A DNA stretch of 64,000 nt from Octopus sinensis (taxonomy: Eukaryota). The stretch is from the NCBI RefSeq assembly GCF_006345805.1, contig NC_043002.1, forward strand, positions 48,980,001-49,044,000, given 5' to 3'. Both the position numbers and the translations under genes were made by a program. Within the stretch, counting starts at the first letter, position 1, and each line of letters begins with the position of its first letter. Below, one piece after another: positions 1-13,779 of this stretch. A model generated the notes under the pieces. The model saw only the letters and a program-made list of their open reading frames with translations, made no database searches and had not been told where the DNA came from.

Positions 1-1526
1 TCAGTCTGAACAGCTTTATTTTACATAGAAATATTGTGATTAAAGAAAGAATCAAAAATTTAACCCTCATTGACAGGATTTTTATAATAATTCTAATTTG
101 ACTTTTCCTATACTATAATTCTATGCTATACTAGTAAGTGGGAACTTGCTACAAGGTAAGAGAACAACAGGAGAAATCTTCATAGGAAGAACTCCTGTGA
201 AGCAAGTGTTTCAGCCCTTTAGTTCCTGATATTCTAAGGGAGCTGGACCCATCGAGGTCATGCTACATAAGCGCCCTTCAGCTGTTTTTGAAATGCCACC
301 TTTAGTAGAAATTCAACTCAGATTGATTTATTCTTCTCAACTGTGGTGTTTATTGCTCAACCACAATAAACCTTACCCTGTTGGGTTTCCTTTCTATTAT
401 GTTTTGTCACTTGCAGTTTTCCTTTTCAGCTTCAGCCATGACTTCTATACTAAACTATCTATATTATAATAAGGATATACTCATCTGAATTTATCCCAAT
501 ATATAATCAATGATTATTTTTTTATTGATGATTAGAAGAATGAAAAATAAGGATGACATAAGGATTTCAGTATCCATTCATCTAAAATAAAAATATGTTT
601 TTTTCATCAATGTTTTATGATGCATAAAAGGAAATGACATTGCTAAATATTTTTACTGACAAACTTAAGACTTGATGAGGATGTTAGTGAAGTATTGTAA
701 GCCTGGCTAATATGGTAAATGCAAAGAAGAGGAAGAAGAAGTAGGAGGAGGATAAAGAAGGGGGGGGAGTACACCGATAGTAGCCATAACAACATACCAT
801 TAAAGAATATGATTGTCACAACATTAAATTGGATAACAGAATTTCCAGTCTCTTATTTAACTGTGCATGAACTATATGAAAGACTATTCCAATTAAACAT
901 GCAGACATACACATATTTTATACATGTCTTAATGCTGCTAAATGAAATTCTATGTTTTGCAAAAAAAATTCTTTTATTTCTCAAAATTGTTCAGATTTTT
1001 GCAATTACCCAAAACTCATTCCTCCCACTTTCCCTCTCTCCATCCATCCTGCCAATTAGCCATATTTGTGTGTGTGTGTGTACATGTGAGCATATAATAT
1101 ATAGTAGTAGTGTATCATACTTAAAGTAGATACACCATTGAAAGCTTAATTTACTGCAGTAACTGTAGTAAGATAGTATCACTTATAGGCATACAGTGTT
1201 AAAAAACCCCAGAAATATATCAGTAAAAGAAGATCTTTCAGCAGTGGTGGTAGCATTACTAAATGTACATGTCTGCTCTTTTGGCTTTGTCAGTAGCAAG
1301 TATCCAGCAGCATGCTAAAACAAAATCTGCTATAACTGATGTTGCAATTAGCTGGCTGGCTGAATAAAAGTTTGTTATGTGTGACAAAAGCAATATTAGT
1401 TTAAAATAGCAATTTGCATATCATACTTAAAATAGATATATTTTGTGTGTGTGTGTGTGTGTGTGTTTATATATATTTGTGAAAGCTATTTTCAGCACCT
1501 CTCATATATATATATATATTATATAT

Positions 1527-1560
<34 letters not shown>

Positions 1561-1619
1561 AGGAATATATGTGTGTGTATACATATATATATATATATAT
1601 ATAGGGGTGGTTGTATGGA

Positions 1620-1998
1620 CAGGCATGGGTGTGTGGTAAGAAGCTTGCTTCCCAACCACATGGTTTTAGGTTCAATCCCATTGAACCTGCAACCAAAGTC
1701 CCACTGTGTGGCACCTTGGCCAAGTGTCTTCTACTATAGGCTCGGGCTGACCAAATTCTTGTGAGTGGATTTGGTAGATGGAAACGGAAAAGAAGCTTGT
1801 CATATATGTGTGTGTGTGTGCATGCATGTGTGTGTGTCTGTGTTTCTCACCCCAACTGATGTTGGAGTGTTTACGTCCCTATAACTTAACAACTCAGCAA
1901 AAAGTGAATGATAGAATAAGTACTGGTGTTGAATTGTTTGAGTAAATGTGGTGCTCCAGTATGTCTGCAGTCAAATGACTGAAACAAGTAAAGGAATA
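1620..1998 (+). mobile_element. Bipartite tRNA-type SINE (family A: head, core, (TG)n, tail)
   Basis: Head GTGTGGTAAGAAGCTTGCTTCCCAACCACATGG..GGTTCAATCCC, core GGCACCTTGGCCAAGTGTCTTCT, (TG)n, tail ending GACTGAAACAAGTAAAGGAATA. The same blocks recur many times in the window. Confidence 0.8.
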
Positions 1999-2022
1999 TA
2001 TATATATATATATATATGTATG

Positions 2023-2104
<82 letters not shown>

Positions 2105-2486
2105 GTATGTATATTATTACTACTGGGCAAAAGTGTTTCAGCTTAGCAATAATACTTTGTTGAGTGCATAAAATCGTAACTCCATGCATGTATGCTATTT
2201 TCAGTCAGAAATATTTTTGCAAAACTATCGTATATCGGACTTGCTACACTTTTGAAAAATGCTAAACCATTGTACTACACTTCAACGATTGTCATATCTT
2301 TGCCTCTGAAGCAGTTGGAGATACAATAGTTTGACCAAAAGAACCAGGTATAACAAGCAAAATAAAATAGTGAAAAAAAGTGCATTTGACTAAAATTTGG
2401 ACATACAACAGTTTAACATAATAGCAACAATATGAGTATATATATAGGTGTACATATATCTATATATATATATATATATATATATA

Positions 2487-3178
2487 GGCGGCTGACCGGA
2501 TGGATTCTTAGAACCTTTAGAACAAGAGACCAGGAAACCATGATGGTCCTCTGGAGGACACTTGTCCTAAGCCACTTTGACTATTGCTCTCAGCTATGGT
2601 CACCATCTAGTGTCAAGTTAATCACAGAACTTGAGGCGATCCAACGAAACTACATGAAGATAGTCTCTGTGCAGCATATAAGCTACTGGGAAAGACTCAA
2701 GAGATTAAGACTCTATTCCTTAGAGTGTAGGCAAGAAAGATATGCCATAATATACATCTGGAAGATCCTAGAAGGACTTGTCCCAAACTTTGGCATCGAG
2801 AGTTACACAAATGCCAGAACTGGGCGCCACTGCATAGTGCCAAGGACTCCAAATTTGCCATCAAGATGTAGGACGAGATACTGTGATAGCCTGGGCTTCT
2901 GAGGCCCACAGCCCTTCAATATCCTCCCGAAGAACCTAAGAGACCTGCATGGGGTGGATGCAGATGTCTTTAAAATAAAACTGGATCTCTTCTTGTCAGG
3001 TGTCCCAGATGAACCAACTTCACGGCAGGAGGTGCAGATGAGGGCAGCTGCATCGAACTCTCTCATGCACCAAATGGCAGTTGCTAAAAAGCATTCGTGA
3101 AGTAAAATCATGTAGCAACACCAAATGGCGGTGTCCCAGCATGGCCACAGCTTGTGAGCTGAAACTAGATAAAAATTT
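2487..3178 (+). mobile_element. 5'-truncated CR1/L2-group LINE, 3' end of ORF2 plus 3' UTR
   Basis: Translation LVLSHFDYCSQLWSPSS..LEAIQR..SYWERLKRLRLYSLECRQERYAIIYIWKIL, an in-frame stop, then FNILPKNLRDL..FKIKLDLFLSGVPDEP; typical post-RT region of CR1-group LINEs. Flanked by (TA)n on both sides. Confidence 0.85.
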
Positions 3179-3191
3179 AAAAAATAAAAAA

Positions 3192-3236
<45 letters not shown>

Positions 3237-6200
3237 AGCTAGTCGATCATCTACATCTCATTTTGAGTTCTATTTTCAGTTAATGTTTTTTTTATATTTT
3301 TGATAATACTTGCACATAAACACACACATACAAACACACACACATACACACAGACCTACACACCTACACACACAATCACAAATATAAACACTCACTCTCA
3401 CACACATTAACACACATTTACATACATGCATATATGTTTTATATATATATATGTATGTGACTTCGTGTCTGTGATAGTGTATTGTCAAAGACATACATAC
3501 ATGAAATTAAAGAAGATGCAGAATGAAAAGGCTTTCAGTTGTGGATATTCCATCCTTTTATTAGTCTTTTATTGTTAATGTCTTTTGTTCGAAAGTGTTT
3601 TGCTCTGACAGTGTGTGTACTTCCATATGTTTTTTTAGAATTATATTTTTTCCTAATATCTTCGAATTCGTATTCATTTAAATTGTAAAAGGAAACGAAG
3701 TGAAAATAAATCATAAAGAATACATGAGAAATTTGTAAATAAGCAATTATAAAGAAATAGGAAATAGCTTCTGGAATATATAAGATTACCTATGAATTAA
3801 ACTTCCTAAATGTTAGCTAGTTTAAAACATCTCTTAAGTACCATTCTGATTTCTATTACTTGGACGTTCATCTTTTGCTGTAACCTTTCACCTTTCTTAC
3901 ACTGCTATCAACTACTTTTTTTCACACTTTTCTTCACATTTTTTTACCACTATCATTTTTATAAAATTACTATTTTGTATTTTCCATTTACTATTTTGCG
4001 TAATTTTTTTAAAATTTATATTTATTTTTTCCCTCTTTTGGTTCCTTGCCACAAAACAAAATTGACAAGCTCTCTGTCTTTCATTCCCACTTTTTTTATT
4101 TTATTTTATTCTTTCTCACAAAATTGAGGAATTTCAAATCTATAGAAATACTTAATAAATATGTTTAATTATTGCATTAATAGAAAACATTTCATTCTTA
4201 ATTGGTTGTTAGAGTGTATTTCAACTGCAATGCAAGGGCACAAAATTCTTTACCTAACTTGAACCCACAACTAAACATTTTGTATCAAGTTGGTCTTTCA
4301 CAATGGTCATGCAAAATCGAAACTGTGAAATGTCTCTCATCCCTAATAAACTGGGAGACTGGTTTGTAATAGACATTATCAAATGAAAATGCTATGAGAC
4401 TGCAGAAGAGAAATGTTTTGAAATTTTTATATAAAGACCACCAACTGAATGGAGTTGTAACCCACTTGCCTTATGTTCACATTCAGCACACAATAAACTG
4501 ACTTTAATATCCTGCCTCACAGTTACTTTGATATAATAAAAGATATCTCAAAAAAAAAAAAAAAAGCAACTTTCTGAAACTAGTCTTATTCTTTTTATTA
4601 TATATCTATTTAATATTTTTTCTTGGACAATGAAGAAATAGGCAGCGTTATTTCAATGTTTCTCCAAATTTATTAATGGAAAGACATGAACTAAATAAAG
4701 TTTTGGAAAAAAAAAAAAACTTCATTTCAATTTTGAAAATGATAATGATGATGATGATAACTACAGCAACAATGATAATTGTTTTTGTTGGTGCAGCTAT
4801 TGTTGTTGGTGTTTCATTTTGGCTTCAGAAACTGTTAATATATATATGTGTGTGTGTGTGTCTATGTATGTGTGCTTGTGTGTATGTACCCATAGATATG
4901 TGTACATGCATGTACATACACACAACATACACACACATACTCCATACACATACTATAGGATGAGTGGCATATGGGTTATCTTTGATTTGTTTTTCTGTTT
5001 TGAAATTTCTATAACATTGAATATTGTTGGTTATCTTTAAATAAAAAAAGATTTAATTTTGTAAGCTATTTTTTTTTTAGCTAGATACCCACTTTTAAGT
5101 GAATGTAATTTATACTAAATATTTGATACACAGAGGTAAAGTTGTAAAACAAAAACTTACAAGATTTTGTAAACTGTATTTTGCATCTCATGCCACAGTT
5201 TATGTGCATGTGTGTGTGTGTGCATGTGTGTTTGTGTGCATGCGTGCATGTGTGGTTTATAATATAAAACCATATTTAATTCCTTTGAATCAAATATACA
5301 TATAGAAGTTGGTAAGTATATTACATTTGGTGTTAGAATCTTTATGCAAGTTGATATCCTATGAAAATTCACTATTCCTTTCATTATTGTTCCCAATTCA
5401 ACTTATTTTTTCAACTTTGTGTTTAAGTGTGAGGTGAAAATGTTAAAGTTTTCACCACATACCTATGAGTTCAAAGCTCAAGCTCACAACCGCCCCCTTC
5501 TTTTTGTGCATGTAGGAAAAGGCTTTGCTTGCTTCTGCATGTCAGACTGATAGTTTGCTTCTGCTTCTGGTACACAAGTGAGTAGTCAGCAGTTGCTAAA
5601 TAAATTTATTATGAAAACAATCATTCAAGGTTACTAAAAAAACATGCAGCATTGTGTCCCAATCCCAAGAAAGGCTCCTCACTAACCCTGTTAATTATCA
5701 CTGTAGTAACTCCATTTCCAACATCTCAAGTGTAAAGGAAACAGTTAAAACAATCACCTCCTTTATCAAGGTCTCTTCCTGTATTCAGTGAGTAGCAGTA
5801 TGATTTCTATAAGACCAGATCATGCACCTTGAGTATTATGGTGAAAGCAATGTTGCTGTCTTTGACAACATTAGGACTATCAGTTATATCTGGAATGAGA
5901 ACCTCATAGGTAAGATGCTTGCCTATTGAGGGAACCTGTCACTCATCTCTTAGAATAGAAGTATAGTCAGACAAATATCCATTGCCAAGTATGCTAACAT
6001 TCTCTCATCTCTTTGCTCATCAAATTCTCGCTGTCTCCCACATGCATCTTTCTCTTCACTATTAACCTTCTTATTATTTCTAATCACATATATACCTGTG
6101 CTGATGATACTCTTTATTCCTTATTAATCTTCTATACATAATATGAGAGATGTTTCACTGCTTGGGGCTGCTGAAAAATCTATGGGAAAGATATCTATGA

Positions 6201-7074
6201 TAGACTGATATCATAACCATGAGGGCATTTGTCTCTCATCTGCTTAATACAACAGAAAGTAGCAGGTAGAGAGTGAAAACACTCTTTTTGTATATAATTC
6301 CATCTTATTTGCAAAGTTATTGTTTAGCAACTTCACTGAAATTATGATAAAGGAATTACCAAATTTCAGTACGATGTTTGGGTGAGTTATTGGTGCTTAA
6401 CTCTGTATATTGTTTTAACGTGTGTATTATCTACTTTAAAAGTTTTGCTAATCACATCTGAGATTCATTGCTTTAATGTAATAATAATAAATCTGTTTAG
6501 GTATTATTGACTACATATCCCCAGATTCTTCTTGGCTTAAAGGAAAACAATATGAAACATTTCTCTCTCAGGAGATAATTCCAACATGAACAGAAACTTA
6601 TTTTTGTATGACTTACTATGATATTAACCAACCTAAGAAGTTAGTTGATGGGGTTTAAAGCCAGTTTTTATGTTTGCCAATATATAGACTTTATAAGAAT
6701 CAATTTGTCATTAATGGCAAACTCTAAGAAGATTTATGAAGCTGCAACAAATGGTAAAAAAAGAATAATGATTCCATTAAGACAATGATTGAGAGGCTGG
6801 AAACTTGGTTCATGTAGAGTTGATATAATAACAGTATGCCACTTTACAAACTGAGTTACTTTCAAGAAACTTTTTTCCATTCTCTACCTTATGGGTAAAA
6901 TAGTGGAGAGGTGAATTATCTGAATTTCCAACTCATCGTCATACATTATATAGATTCTAATGTCATTCATTGTGTACAGTGGAGAAACATATTGACGTTT
7001 TCTAGCCTACTTAACTGAAAAATAATTACCAGTTCTATTTACAAGACAGAGAATGGTGCTGAAAAAGTCATCAT

Positions 7075-7196
7075 TATCATCATCATTGTCCTCCTTCTCC
7101 TCCGTGCTACTGCCGCCGTCGCTACCACTGCCACCACCACCGCCACCACTACTACCACCACCGCCACCACTACTACCACCACCGCCACCACCACCT
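7075..7196. repeat. (CAC/CGC/TAC)n trinucleotide tract with a 21-bp higher-order unit
   Basis: CCACCACCGCCACCACTACTA repeated nearly three times. Confidence 0.85.
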
Positions 7197-7551
7197 TGAC
7201 AATGATGTCAGTAGCAGTGATGGTAGTAGAGCTTCTACTTAATTACCTGAGGATCAAACATCTCTTAACAAAATTCCCTTCAAGCTCTGCAATAGGAATA
7301 CTCCAATAGGGAAGGCATCAGTCATTATGACTAGCCAACCTTTAGAATGACCATGAATAAAAATGTCAATCAAACAATACCTTTGATCAGTTATTTCCCT
7401 TCTAGAGGTCTACTTGAGGCAGAGTTTAAAAGAAGACTACTTAACAATACCAAAACAACAACACCATCATTATTGTCAGAGTCATTATCACTTCCAGCAT
7501 CAAGAGATTGTATCACACTCCACCAGTACTTCTTACTTCTCTGATAGTTAA

Positions 7552-7764
7552 CCCTTTTGTTACCAACCCAGCTGAAACTGGCTCTGGCTCTGAGTACAAA
7601 TGTTTTGTTTCCATAAGTTTGGAATTAAAATCTTCCAGCAGTCACAATTTATGTTCCTAACACTAGCTCAATGATAACTAAGTTATTTTACTAAATTCTT
7701 TATTATATTTAAAGTAATTGAAAGAAACACAGAGCATCTCAAAATAAATACAGTAACGAAAGGG
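7552..7764. mobile_element. piggyBac-like MITE (family 1)
   Basis: TTAA|CCCTTTTGTTAC ... GTAACGAAAGGG|TTAA: 12-bp TIR with one mismatch, TTAA duplicated on both sides. Confidence 0.85.
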
Positions 7765-7879
7765 TTAAACACTTGATCCACATCTTGTTTCTGAACACTG
7801 AACTGGGGGTTTATTCCATCAATTTCAGCAGCAACAAAATCAACTTTATGCACTTTTCAAATTATGATATTTCTTTTTA

Positions 7880-8282
7880 TTCCTTTAAATTTCAATTGTT
7901 TCAATCAATGAACTGAGCCAAACTATGACATCAAATTGAAGAGTCTTTAATTCAACACATTGACCCCAAAACTTAATTTTTTTTAAAGTCTGGTTCATAT
8001 TCTATCAGTCTCTTTTGCTGATCTGCTTGGTTATGCAAGCCAAAACAAATGAACCTTGGTTGAAAAGAGGGAAGGGGGTCAAACATAGGCACTATATCAC
8101 ACAGACACACTCAAGCACATGTATGACAGACTTCCACACAGCTTCTGTCAATCAAACTCATTTACAAAGCATTGGTTGATCTGGAGCTTTTGTTGAAAAC
8201 ACTTGCCCAAAGTGCCACACAGTGGCACTGAACACAAAACCATGTGGTTGCAAAGCAAGCTTTTTAACCACACTGCCAAGCT
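7880..8282 (-). mobile_element. Family A bipartite SINE, decayed
   Basis: Reverse-complement tail (TGTTTCAATCAATGAACTG..), core (ACACTTGCCCAAAGTGCCACAC) and head (CCATGTGGTTGCAAAGCAAGC..TAACCACAC). Confidence 0.7.
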
Positions 8283-8900
8283 TATACCTATTAGGATGCT
8301 TTCTTAAAAACTTGGTCAGTTTTTAAAGAGAAGGGATGATAAACTGAAATCACCCTCTGTCAACAACTTATTAAAAGTACTTAGTTCATCAATTTTGGAG
8401 AAATGGAAAGGCAATTTATTCCAGGAGGTATTGAGCTTAAAATCCAAAGCTTTTAAAAAAATTATCATGATTCATAATATTGGCACTAGGCTACAGACCT
8501 GTGTTAATTAAAAAGACCCCAGTACTTGATTTCAAATCCAAAGAATGAAAGGCCAAAGTTGACCTTGTCAAGGGCTGAACTTAGGAAATAAAGGATGTAA
8601 GTAAATACTGTTCATTATTTAGTTAGAACTCTGCTGATTCATCACATTCTTTCCCTCTCCCTCTCTCCCGTCCCTCCTTCTCTCTAATCTTTTATTTGTT
8701 TCAGTCATTGGACTGCAGCCATGCTGGGGCACTGTTTTGAATGGTTTACTTAAACAATCCACCCCAGTACTTAATTTTAAGTCTTGTACTTACTCTATTA
8801 CTCTAATACTCTTTTACTTAACCACTAAATTATGGGGTCATAAACAAGCCAACATACTATATATATATATATATATGGGGACCTACATATATATATATAT

Positions 8901-9241
8901 AAAGATATTTATGGGAAGCTATGACAGGGCTGAAATTGCTGACCTTGTCAGGTTATACATCTTAGATACCTTCAAGAAATGTACCCATCCACATAGGTTG
9001 GCCCTCTATAGGGATAATGGTCTTGCTATCTCAAGCCATATGAATAGCCATACCATAAACTGGTTCAGAAAAGACTTAATAAAAATATTTAAGGAGTTTG
9101 GCCTGTCCATAATGGTTACCTGCAACCTAACTATGGTCGATTTCTTGGATGTAACCTTAGACTTGGACACGGGTAAGAATTACTTCCTACAGGAAACCTG
9201 ACAAGGAAACAGTATACGTGCACAATCAAAACATCCCCCTA
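8901..9241 (+). mobile_element. Penelope-like element RT fragment (decayed)
   Basis: FMGSYDRAEIADLVRLYIL..LALYRDNGL..RKDLIKIFKEFGLSI..NLTMVDFLDVTLDL, then after a frameshift YRKPDKETVYVHNQ..HPP. Matches the MGSxDGAE / YRDDG / FLDV / YRKP / HP motif series of Penelope-type RT; the second catalytic D reads N here. Confidence 0.85.
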
Positions 9242-9271
9242 CTATATATGTATATAACTGCTTCCACACAG

Positions 9272-9507
9272 TTTCTTATTTCTTTACTTCCCACAAGGGG
9301 CTACACACAGAGGGGACAGACAAGGACAGACAAATGGATTAAGTCGATTATATCAACCCCAGTGCGTAACTGGTACTTATTTAATCGATCCCAAAAGGAT
9401 GAAAAGCAAAGTCGACCTTGGCATAATTTGAACTGAGAACGTAGTGGCAGACGAAATACTACTAAGCATTTCGCCCAGCGTACTAACGTTTCTGCCAACT
9501 TGCCACC
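9272..9507 (-). mobile_element. tRNA-type SINE family B, copy 1 of a tandem pair
   Basis: Minus strand reads GGCAAGTTGGCAGAAACGTTAGTACGCTGGGCGAAATGCTTAG..GTTCAAATT..GTCGACTTTGCTTTTCATCC..; near-identical to the adjacent copy. Confidence 0.85.
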
Positions 9508-9517
9508 CTCCACACAC

Positions 9518-9759
9518 TTTCTTATTTCTTTACTACCCACAAGGGGCTAAATATAGAGGGGACAAACAAGGACAGACAAAGGGATTAAGTCGATTATATC
9601 GACCTCAGTGCGTAACTGGTACTTAATTTATCGAACCCCCCCCGAAAGGATGAAAGGCAAAGTCGACCTCGGCGGAATTTGAAATCAGAACATAACGGCA
9701 GATGAAATACCGCAAAGCATTTTGCCCGGTGTGCTAACGTTTCTGCCAGCTCGCTGCCT
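9518..9759 (-). mobile_element. tRNA-type SINE family B, copy 2 of a tandem pair
   Basis: Same sequence as 9272-9507 with CpGs largely retained; bracketed by the direct repeat CACACACTTTCT (9511-9522, 9762-9773). Confidence 0.85.
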
Positions 9760-9761
9760 TT

Positions 9762-9912
9762 CACACACTTTCTGTTTACCAAATTCACTCATGAGGTATT
9801 GTTTAGCCCAAGGTTACAGTAGGAGACATTTAACCAAAGTGTCATATTGTGGGACTGAACCTGAAACTATGGGGTTGGAAAGTGAGCTTGTTAAGCATAT
9901 AGCCATGTCAGC
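9762..9912 (-). mobile_element. Family A SINE head, interrupted by the family B copies
   Basis: TTTCTGTTTACCAAATTCACTCATGAGG..TAGCCC..GACATTTAACCAAAGTGTC..GGGACTGAACCTGAAAC..TTGGAAAGTGAGCTTG. Confidence 0.7.
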
Positions 9913-10989
9913 ACTAATACATACACAAACGTGCACGTGCACACACACACACACACACACGTATGTATGTATGTCGAATATTTATAATATTTATTTCACT
10001 CTTATGTAGTTTATCACGATGTTATCACATTTCACTTTAATCAGAAGCTTTGTTCTGCTAAAGATTGATCTTAGCAGGATATAAGTTCAGAACATGAAAG
10101 GCTGTTCTGTCACAAAACAGAAGGTATTTTATCAGATGCTCTTATGGTTTTACCAGTCCACTGACTTGAATCTAAATTTTGCGAAGTATTTAATGTGCTA
10201 CTCTATTCTGTAAAATAACTTTTGAAATAATGTTAGTGATGTTAACATTAGCACAAGGCTGCATATTTCTAAGAGAGGAGGAATATTGTCAATGAAATTG
10301 GCAGTATTATATGCCTGGTGCATCAGACCAAATGCTTCATAGCATTTCTTCCAATTCATTACGTTCTGAATTGAAATACTGTCAAGCTTGATTTTGCCTT
10401 TCCTCCTCTCAGGGTCAATAAAATAAGCACTAGTAGAACACTGGGGATGGACTCCCTCCTTCTCCTCTGAATTGCTGGCCTTGTGCCAAAATTAGAAAAA
10501 AAATGTGCCTGGTACATATTCTATGTAGTATGCATAGAAGTAAATTTGACTTTGGTAGAATTTGAACTGAAACAATAATGTAAAGGCATAAAATAAAATA
10601 TCATAAGGTATTTACTCTGAGCCTCTATCAATCTTATTCAACTCACAAATTTTATTTTAATAAATTATAAGAGTTTTAAAGTGATTATACATTTTTCTGG
10701 TTTCAGGCAAAATTATGTTTTCATAGTCAAGGAAGCATGAATCTATTCTTCACCACTTCAAAAGAAGCGAAGAAGTTGAATTGTTTAAAAACTATTCTCA
10801 GGAGAGATAGCCAAAACCATATGAATGAAAATAAAGTATGCAATATCTATTATTCTTAATTTTCCCTTTTTTTTAAAAACAAAATTCTGGAAATTTACAA
10901 ATTTTCAGAATTGCAAACTGAAGTAAGAAAATTTGCTTTTTAGACGAATAGGACTGTTGAGTTACCTTTTTAATTTTATTTGTTTATTT

Positions 10990-10990
10990 G

Positions 10991-11034
<44 letters not shown>

Positions 11035-11045
11035 CATTATCATCA
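10990..11045. repeat. (ATT)n/(ATC)n microsatellite
   Basis: Direct reading of the sequence. Confidence 0.95.
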
Positions 11046-11724
11046 TTTTTGTTGTTGTTATTTTATCTGCTGCATGAGTCAGTGTGAAGGGCCAAGAAGA
11101 GCACAGAGGGGTGAAGTAAACATGATCAAGTGAGGCATGAAAACTGTTCAGATATTATTAACCTCTTGTACTGGTGCAGTAATTCATATCTCTGTGTTGA
11201 AAATTCAAATGATGTGTGTTTTCAATATTCATGCTTCTTAGATACAAACTGATGGTGAAAATAAATGCTTAGTGGACCTTAAATTGGGTTTAAATTAGAT
11301 AATCTGTAATGAATCTTGATTGTGAATGAGGAAAAAATATGCACAAATGACTCTTGATTAGATCATTTTGAGTTAACAAACAAAAAGAAAAAAAAGAAAG
11401 AAGAGAAAAAAGAAAATTCAACTCCTTAAAAATTAAGGATTCTAAAACTTCATAAAAAAAAGGTAAAGAATGAATTATTAGAGTTCATTTCATTTCACTG
11501 TAAAAACAACTGGATTTCAACTTTCTAAATTAAGGGATTTTTTAGACCAGCCATTTTTGTCTGGATGCACCTTGTTATACAGACTGCAGAATCCTGTTAT
11601 TAATCAAGACACATTAATTACTTTGTGTATATTAAATGAAAGTTAGTGCTCATTCTGATAAAATTTGAGCTCAAAATATTTTTTACTTTTTCATTTTTCT
11701 TTCGTTTAGTGTTTATTGACACAA

Positions 11725-11874
11725 GAATGGTTGTGTGGTAAGAAGTTTGCTTCCTAACCTCATGACCTTGGGTTTAGTCCTACTATATGGCACCTCAGGC
11801 AAATGTCTTCTGCTATAGCCCTGGGCCAATCAAAGCCTTGCAAGTGGATTTGGTTGATGGAAACTGAAAGAAGC

Positions 11875-11882
<8 letters not shown>
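11725..11882 (+). mobile_element. Family A SINE head and core
   Basis: GTGTGGTAAGAAGTTTGCTTCCTAACC..GGGTTTAGTCC..GGCACCTCAGGCAAATGTCTTCTGCTATAGCCC..GATTTGGTTGATGGAAACTGAAAGAAGCCC. Confidence 0.8.
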
Positions 11883-11935
<53 letters not shown>

Positions 11936-12075
11936 TTAGCAGAAGTAACAGAGTGACTCAAGGTCTGAGAGTTTTGTGTTTTGGCACTTTTCAAACTGTT
12001 ACTTCTGCTAAATATTAATAAAAATTTACATATACTCATATTTTGAGTTCCATTTTTCCTGTTTGCATCATCATT

Positions 12076-12190
<115 letters not shown>

Positions 12191-13779
12191 TCCTCAACGA
12201 ATTCTGTCTGATCCATGTGAGCAGGGAAAAGTGGACATTAAATGATGAGGATGATGATGAGGGTGATGGGTTGGAAGGGTAGCAGTACTCAGGATCCTCC
12301 CTTTCTTCAGAACCTCTGAGACTGGTAGCAGGAAAGGAGGAACTTATTCTCAAACTAATGACCTTGCCTGAATACATGCAACAGAATGAACTCTGCTAAA
12401 GACACACATGAACATGATGTGGTGTTAGAGAGGACTATGGATGGAGTCTACTTTTCAAGATCCCAAAATGCAAATAGCTAAAACAAAATACACAAAGTAT
12501 CCTATCTGATGCTCTAACAATTTCGTCAGCTCACTATCCTAGTTTGGTTCATTATTTTATCAATCTTGAAAGAAGGAGAATCAAAATACACTTTAGTAGG
12601 ATTTGGATTCAAAGTGCAGAGTACCAGAATAAATATGGCAGTCGTTTTCATCTTGGGTTCTAAGAAATTTCCTAACCTTACAGCCTAACAAAAGTAACTG
12701 GCATAACCCATTTAGTCTGATCCTATAGCTTTTTATGTAATTAATTTACTAGCTACTATGAGAGCAGAGTTTTTAGAAATAGTGGTGAACCAGACTAAAT
12801 CCTGTAGGGTGATGAATATGAGTGTCTTTTTGTTTTTTTATTATTATATATAGAAATTTTGGTGGAGCTGGTTTTGTCTTTTAGCTTTGTGTGGTTAATA
12901 AGACAGCTAATATACTGGGATAATACAAAGAAATCTCAGCTCAAATTTATATATTTGTACCTTCAAAATAATACTGGTCTTTTTGCCAATATAAAACAAA
13001 TAACTATTGGTTTCAAATTTTGGCACAAGGACAGTGATTTGGGGAAGGAATTTAGTTGATTATATCGACTCCAGTACTCAAATGGTACATATTTTATCAA
13101 CCCCAAAAGTATGAAAGGTATAGTGAACCTTGGCAGAATTTGAGTGCAGAACAGTCAAAATGCCATTAAGCATTTTACCTGGCATTCTAACAATTCTGCC
13201 AGCTCACCATCTTAATAAATATTGATTTCTACCATAGACAATGTGTTAGTTTTTGTAGTGATAACACAGTCAACTGAATCAATTTTAGTACTTAATCCTT
13301 TTAATACCAATCCACTTGAGATAGACCCTGACTCTAATACAAAACAGCCCTTTTTAAAATGTTCATATCTAAATTCAAACCTTCTCATATAATTTCATTT
13401 ATATATACTTCTTTCTGTTATATCCCAGACACCTTAATCAGAATTACATCTCAGACAGCTTAATCAGAATATTCTTCTGAATTTGTATTATTTTCAAAAT
13501 TAACAGAAACAAGTAGTGATTTTAGAAAAATATATAACCAGAAATGGTTGAGTGGTTCTTATTTAATCTCCAAAGGATAAATGGCTAAGTTGACTTCAGC
13601 AGGGTTTGAATGAAGAAACTAAGATATGTGAAGTACCATAATTATATAATGCAAGGTATTGGTCAGCCACTCTATCAATTCTACCAATCCTACAGATGTT
13701 TAGTTTTGGCACAAAACTAAAAAAAATTGTAAGAAGTATTTGTCAAGAGAATTGATCAAAAACATTATTAGTACTTATA

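Noticed and set aside
377-484. Minus-strand donor CAGG|gtaagg with a possible upstream acceptor
   Set aside because: All frames across the implied exon contain stops and there is no pyrimidine tract for a shorter version.
1467-2189. ORF-track entries rich in YI/CV/HT dipeptides (also near 23028, 45936-46567, 47678-48188, 53806-54989, 59042-59577)
   Set aside because: They are translations of (TA)n, (TG)n, (CA)n and (TATG)n microsatellites, which lack stops by construction.
3500-3610. Possible hammerhead or Penelope-terminus-like text
   Set aside because: Core nucleotides do not match (CTAATAA) and the stems cannot be closed.
5990-6130. Minus-strand GIYVIRN followed by HVGDSENL in another frame, reminiscent of GIY-YIG
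   Set aside because: It needs a frameshift, the motifs are short, and no further endonuclease residues follow; compatible with chance in AT-rich DNA.
7030-7286. Two small minus-strand exon candidates (7247-7286, 7030-7058) that are phase-compatible with 20751
   Set aside because: The peptide is unrecognisable and such site pairs are frequent by chance; too many degrees of freedom.
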